DNA from: the human T2T-CHM13v2.0 reference genome, Homo sapiens
Length of the DNA stretch: 64,000 bases
Direction: 5' to 3' (one strand)
Assembly (NCBI RefSeq): GCF_009914755.1
Contig: NC_060938.1
Below, piece after piece: positions 60,401 to 64,000 of this stretch; position 1 is the first letter of the stretch; each line of letters begins with the position of its first letter. Below the pieces are notes generated by a model that was given only the letters and a program-made list of their open reading frames with translations, was not told where the DNA came from and did no database searches. The translations under genes and the position numbers were made by a program.

Positions 60401-63400
60401 ATGGAAAAAAATAGTTCATGCAAAACCACAAAAGAGCAGGAGTACTTATACTTATGTCAGATAAAATAGATTTCAAGGAAAAAAACTAAAATGAGACAAA
60501 GAAGTTCATAATATAATGAAATATGGGTAAATTAAGCAAGAAGATATAAAAATTTTAAATATATATGCACGAAACATTGTAGTACCTAGGTATATAAAGC
60601 TAATATTATTAGTGCTAAAGAGATAGACCATAATATAATAACAGGTGGAGATTTCAACACCCAACTTTGAGCACTGGACATATATTTCAGACAGAAAATA
60701 AAGAAACATCAGACTTAATCTTCACTATAGACCAAATGGACCTAATAGATATTTATAGAACATTTCATCCAATGGCTGCAGAATGCAAATTCTTCTCAGC
60801 ACATGGATCATTCTCAAGGATAGAGTATCTGTTAGGCCACAAAAAAGTCTTAATTTTTTTTAAATTGGAAATAAAGTGTCTTCTCTGACCATAATTGGAT
60901 AAAACTAGATATCAATAACAAAGAACAATTTTGGAAACTATACAAACACATGGAAATTAAACAATATGCTCCTGAAGGACCAGTGGGTCAATGAAGAAAT
61001 TAAGAAGGAAATTGAAAAATTTCTTGAAACAAATGATCATGGAAACACAAAACAGCAAAAATCTATGGGAAGCAGCAAAAGGAGTACCAAGAGGAAAGTT
61101 TACAGCAATAAGTGTCTACATCAAAAAAGTAGAAAAACGTCAACAACCTAATGATACATCTTAAAGAACTACAAAAGTAAGAGTGAATCAAACCTAAAAT
61201 TAACAGAAGAAACAATGAAGATCAGAGCAGAAATAAATGAAATTTAAACAAAAAATATATAAAAAGTCATCAAAATTTATCAACGATAACAGTTTTAGTT
61301 TTATTAGTCTATCTAACTAAAACAATTTTTATTAGTTTTCGCTTTCCTTGTTAGCTTTTGCAATCAGGGTTAAGTTGTCATCAGTTTAAAATAATAGGTT
61401 GTAAGATGTTATTTGCAAGCCTCATGGGAATCTCAAATCAAAAACCATGCAATGGATACACAAAAGGAAGTTGAAAAATTATTTTCAATTGCTCTAGCTA
61501 GGACTTCCAGTACTATGTTTCCAAAATTTGGTTTTTTGAAAAGATAAACAAAATTGACAAACCTTTATCCAGAATAACTAGGAAGACAGAAGACCTAAAT
61601 TTTTAAAAAATCCAGAGATAAAAAGGAGATCCTATGAATTAAATTTAAAGGATCATTAGACATTATTATGAGAAACTATATGCCAATAAATTGGAAAACA
61701 TAGAAGAAAAAGATGTACTCCTAGACACATACCACCTACCAAGATTGAACCATGAATAAATCTAAAACCTGAATAGACCAATAGCAAATAATGAAATTGA
61801 AGCCACTGGAGCCAAAAAGTCTCCCAAGAAAGAAAAGTCCAGAACCCTATGGATTCACTGCTGAATTTTACTGAATGTTTAAAGAGTAATAAATACCAAT
61901 CCTACTCAAACTATTCTGAAAAATAGAAAGGAAGTGAATACTTCCAAACTCAGAAGGTAGGCCAGTATTACGCCAATACCAAAACCAGACAAAGACACAT
62001 CAAAAAAAGAAATCTCACTGATGAACATTGATGCAAAAAAATTCAACAAAATTATAAACACTGATGCAAAAAATTCAACAAATCCTACAAAACAAATTCA
62101 ATAACACATTAAAGAGATCATTCATCATGACCAGGTAGGATTTATCCCAAGGATCTAAGGATAGTTCACCATATGCAAATCGATCTATGTGATACATCAT
62201 ATCAACAGAATGAAGGACAAAAAACATATGATCATTTCAATTGATTCTGGAAAAGCAAAGCATGTGATAAAATTCAGCATTCCTTCATGACAAAAACTCT
62301 CAAAAAACTGAGTATGGAAGGAATATGTCTCAACACAGTAAAAGCCATATATGACAGACTTAGAGCTAGTATCATACTGAATGGGAAAAAACTGAAAGCC
62401 TTTCCTCTAAAATCTGGAACAAGGCAGGGATGCCCACTTTCACCACTGTTATTCAACATGGTACTGGAAGTCCTAACTAGAGCAATTAGAAAAGAGAAAT
62501 AAATAAAGGGCACCCAAGTTGGAAAGAAAGAAGTCAAGTTATCCTTGCTTGTAGATTATATGATCTTATATTTGGAAAAACCTAAAGACTCCACCAAAAA
62601 CTATTAAACCGATAAAGAAATTCAACGTTGTAAGATACCAAATCAAAATACAAAAAGTTAGTGGCATTTCTATGTGCCAACAGTGAACAATCTGAAAAAG
62701 AAATCAATAAACTCAATAGCAATAAATAAAACAATATACCTAGGAATAAACTTAACTAAAGAAGTGAAAGATCTCTATGATGAAGACTATAATATATTGC
62801 TTCAGGAAACTGAAGATGACAAACACAGGGAAAGATATTTTATGTTCATGGGATTAGAGGGATAAATAGTGCTAAAATGTTCATACTACCCAAAATAATC
62901 TACAGATTCAATGCAATCTTTATCAAAATACCAATGACATTCTTCACAGAAGTAGGAAAAATAATCCTAATTGGGACCACAGAAGACCTGGAATAGCCAA
63001 AGCCATCCTGAGGAAAACAAAACAAAACAAAACAAAACACCACACATACAGAAAAACAAAAACACCTGGAGGAAACATTATCTGAGGTCAAATCCTACTA
63101 CAGAGCTATAGTAACCAAAACAGCATGGTATTGGCATAAAAAGACACATAGACCAACGGAACAGAACAGCAAACCTAGAAATAAATCCACATATCTACAG
63201 TGAACTCATTTTCAACAAAGGCGACAAGAACATGCACTGGGAAAAGGACACTCTCTTCAATAAACGATGCTCAGAAAACTGAATACCTGTATGAAGAAAA
63301 GTGAAACTAGACCCCTATCTCTCACAATATACAAAAATAAAATCAAAATGAATTAAAGACCTCAAACTATGAAACCACTACCTGAAAACATTGGGGAAGC

Positions 63401-64000
63401 TCTCTATGATGTTTGAATGGATGTAAAGATTTGTTGAGTCATACCGTACAAGCACAGGCAACCAAAGCAAAAGTGGACAAATGGGATCACAACAAATTAA
63501 AAAGCTTCTGCATAGCAAAGGAAACAACCAACAAAGTGAAGAGACAGCACACAGAATTGGAGAAAATATTTGCAAACTTTTCATCTGACAAGAGATTAAT
63601 CAGAATATATAAGGAGTTCAGCTCAAATAATTACATAGTAAAAATTCTAATATAATTGAAAAATAGGCAAGAGATCTGAATAGACATTTCTTAAAAAAAT
63701 CACATACAAAAGGCAAACAGGATACAAAAATGAGTTCAACATCATTGATCAGAGAAATGCAAGTCAAAAGTACAATGAGATATCATCTCACCCCAGTTAA
63801 AATGGCTTTTATCCAGAAACAGGCAATAATGGATGCTGGTGAGATATACAGAGGAACACTGTTAGTGGGAATATAAATTATTATAGTCACGATGAAGAAT
63901 AGTATGGAGTTTTCTCGAAAAACTTAAAATAGAGCTACTGTATGATCCAGCAATCTTACTGCTAGGTACATACCCAAAACAAAGGAAATTAGCATATCAA
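57443..64000 (+). mobile_element. Old LINE-1 (L1M1 5' end, L1MA-type) running off the window end
   Basis: Start ggaggtgtaacaagatggctaaatagaagcc…aagaaccaaaaatcaagtgagcaatcacagtacctgg; ORF1 remnant about 58800-59720; ORF2 remnants ([14 protein letters not shown] 62287-62502; DQMDLIDIYRTFHP). Confidence 0.9.
60144..60186 (+). repeat. (GATG)n(GAAG)n microsatellite
   Basis: gatggatggatagatggatggaaggaaggaaggaaggaagg. Confidence 0.9.

Overview
AT-rich mammalian, almost certainly primate or human, intronic or intergenic DNA dominated by transposable-element fossils. There is no intact protein-coding gene, RNA gene, CRISPR array or CpG island. All long ORFs are LINE-1, mariner or Alu remnants. LINE-1 content: a 5'-truncated young L1PA2/3-like copy (-), a full-length decayed L1PA7-like copy (+) with an ORF0-like antisense ORF, and three long old L1M copies (+). 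DNA transposons: Tigger1, a hAT/Blackjack-like transposase fossil, a near-complete HSMAR2, MER1B, MER47 and MER58. Also present: LTRs (MLT1, THE1A, MER41B, MER39-like), about 11 Alu copies or fragments, and many L2/MIR pieces. Family names come from my recall of consensus sequences, not from a search. I did not find a convincing new biological system. Three signals are not explained by ordinary transposition. (1) A neighbouring Alu plus its unique flank was copied 1.2 kb away, with a target duplication and a fold-back junction (22.7 kb). (2) A patchwork templated insertion inside an L1M has hairpins at each junction (61.3 kb). (3) Three strongly splice-bounded minus-strand candidate exons, including a 22-nt microexon, suggest a host transcript running right to left.
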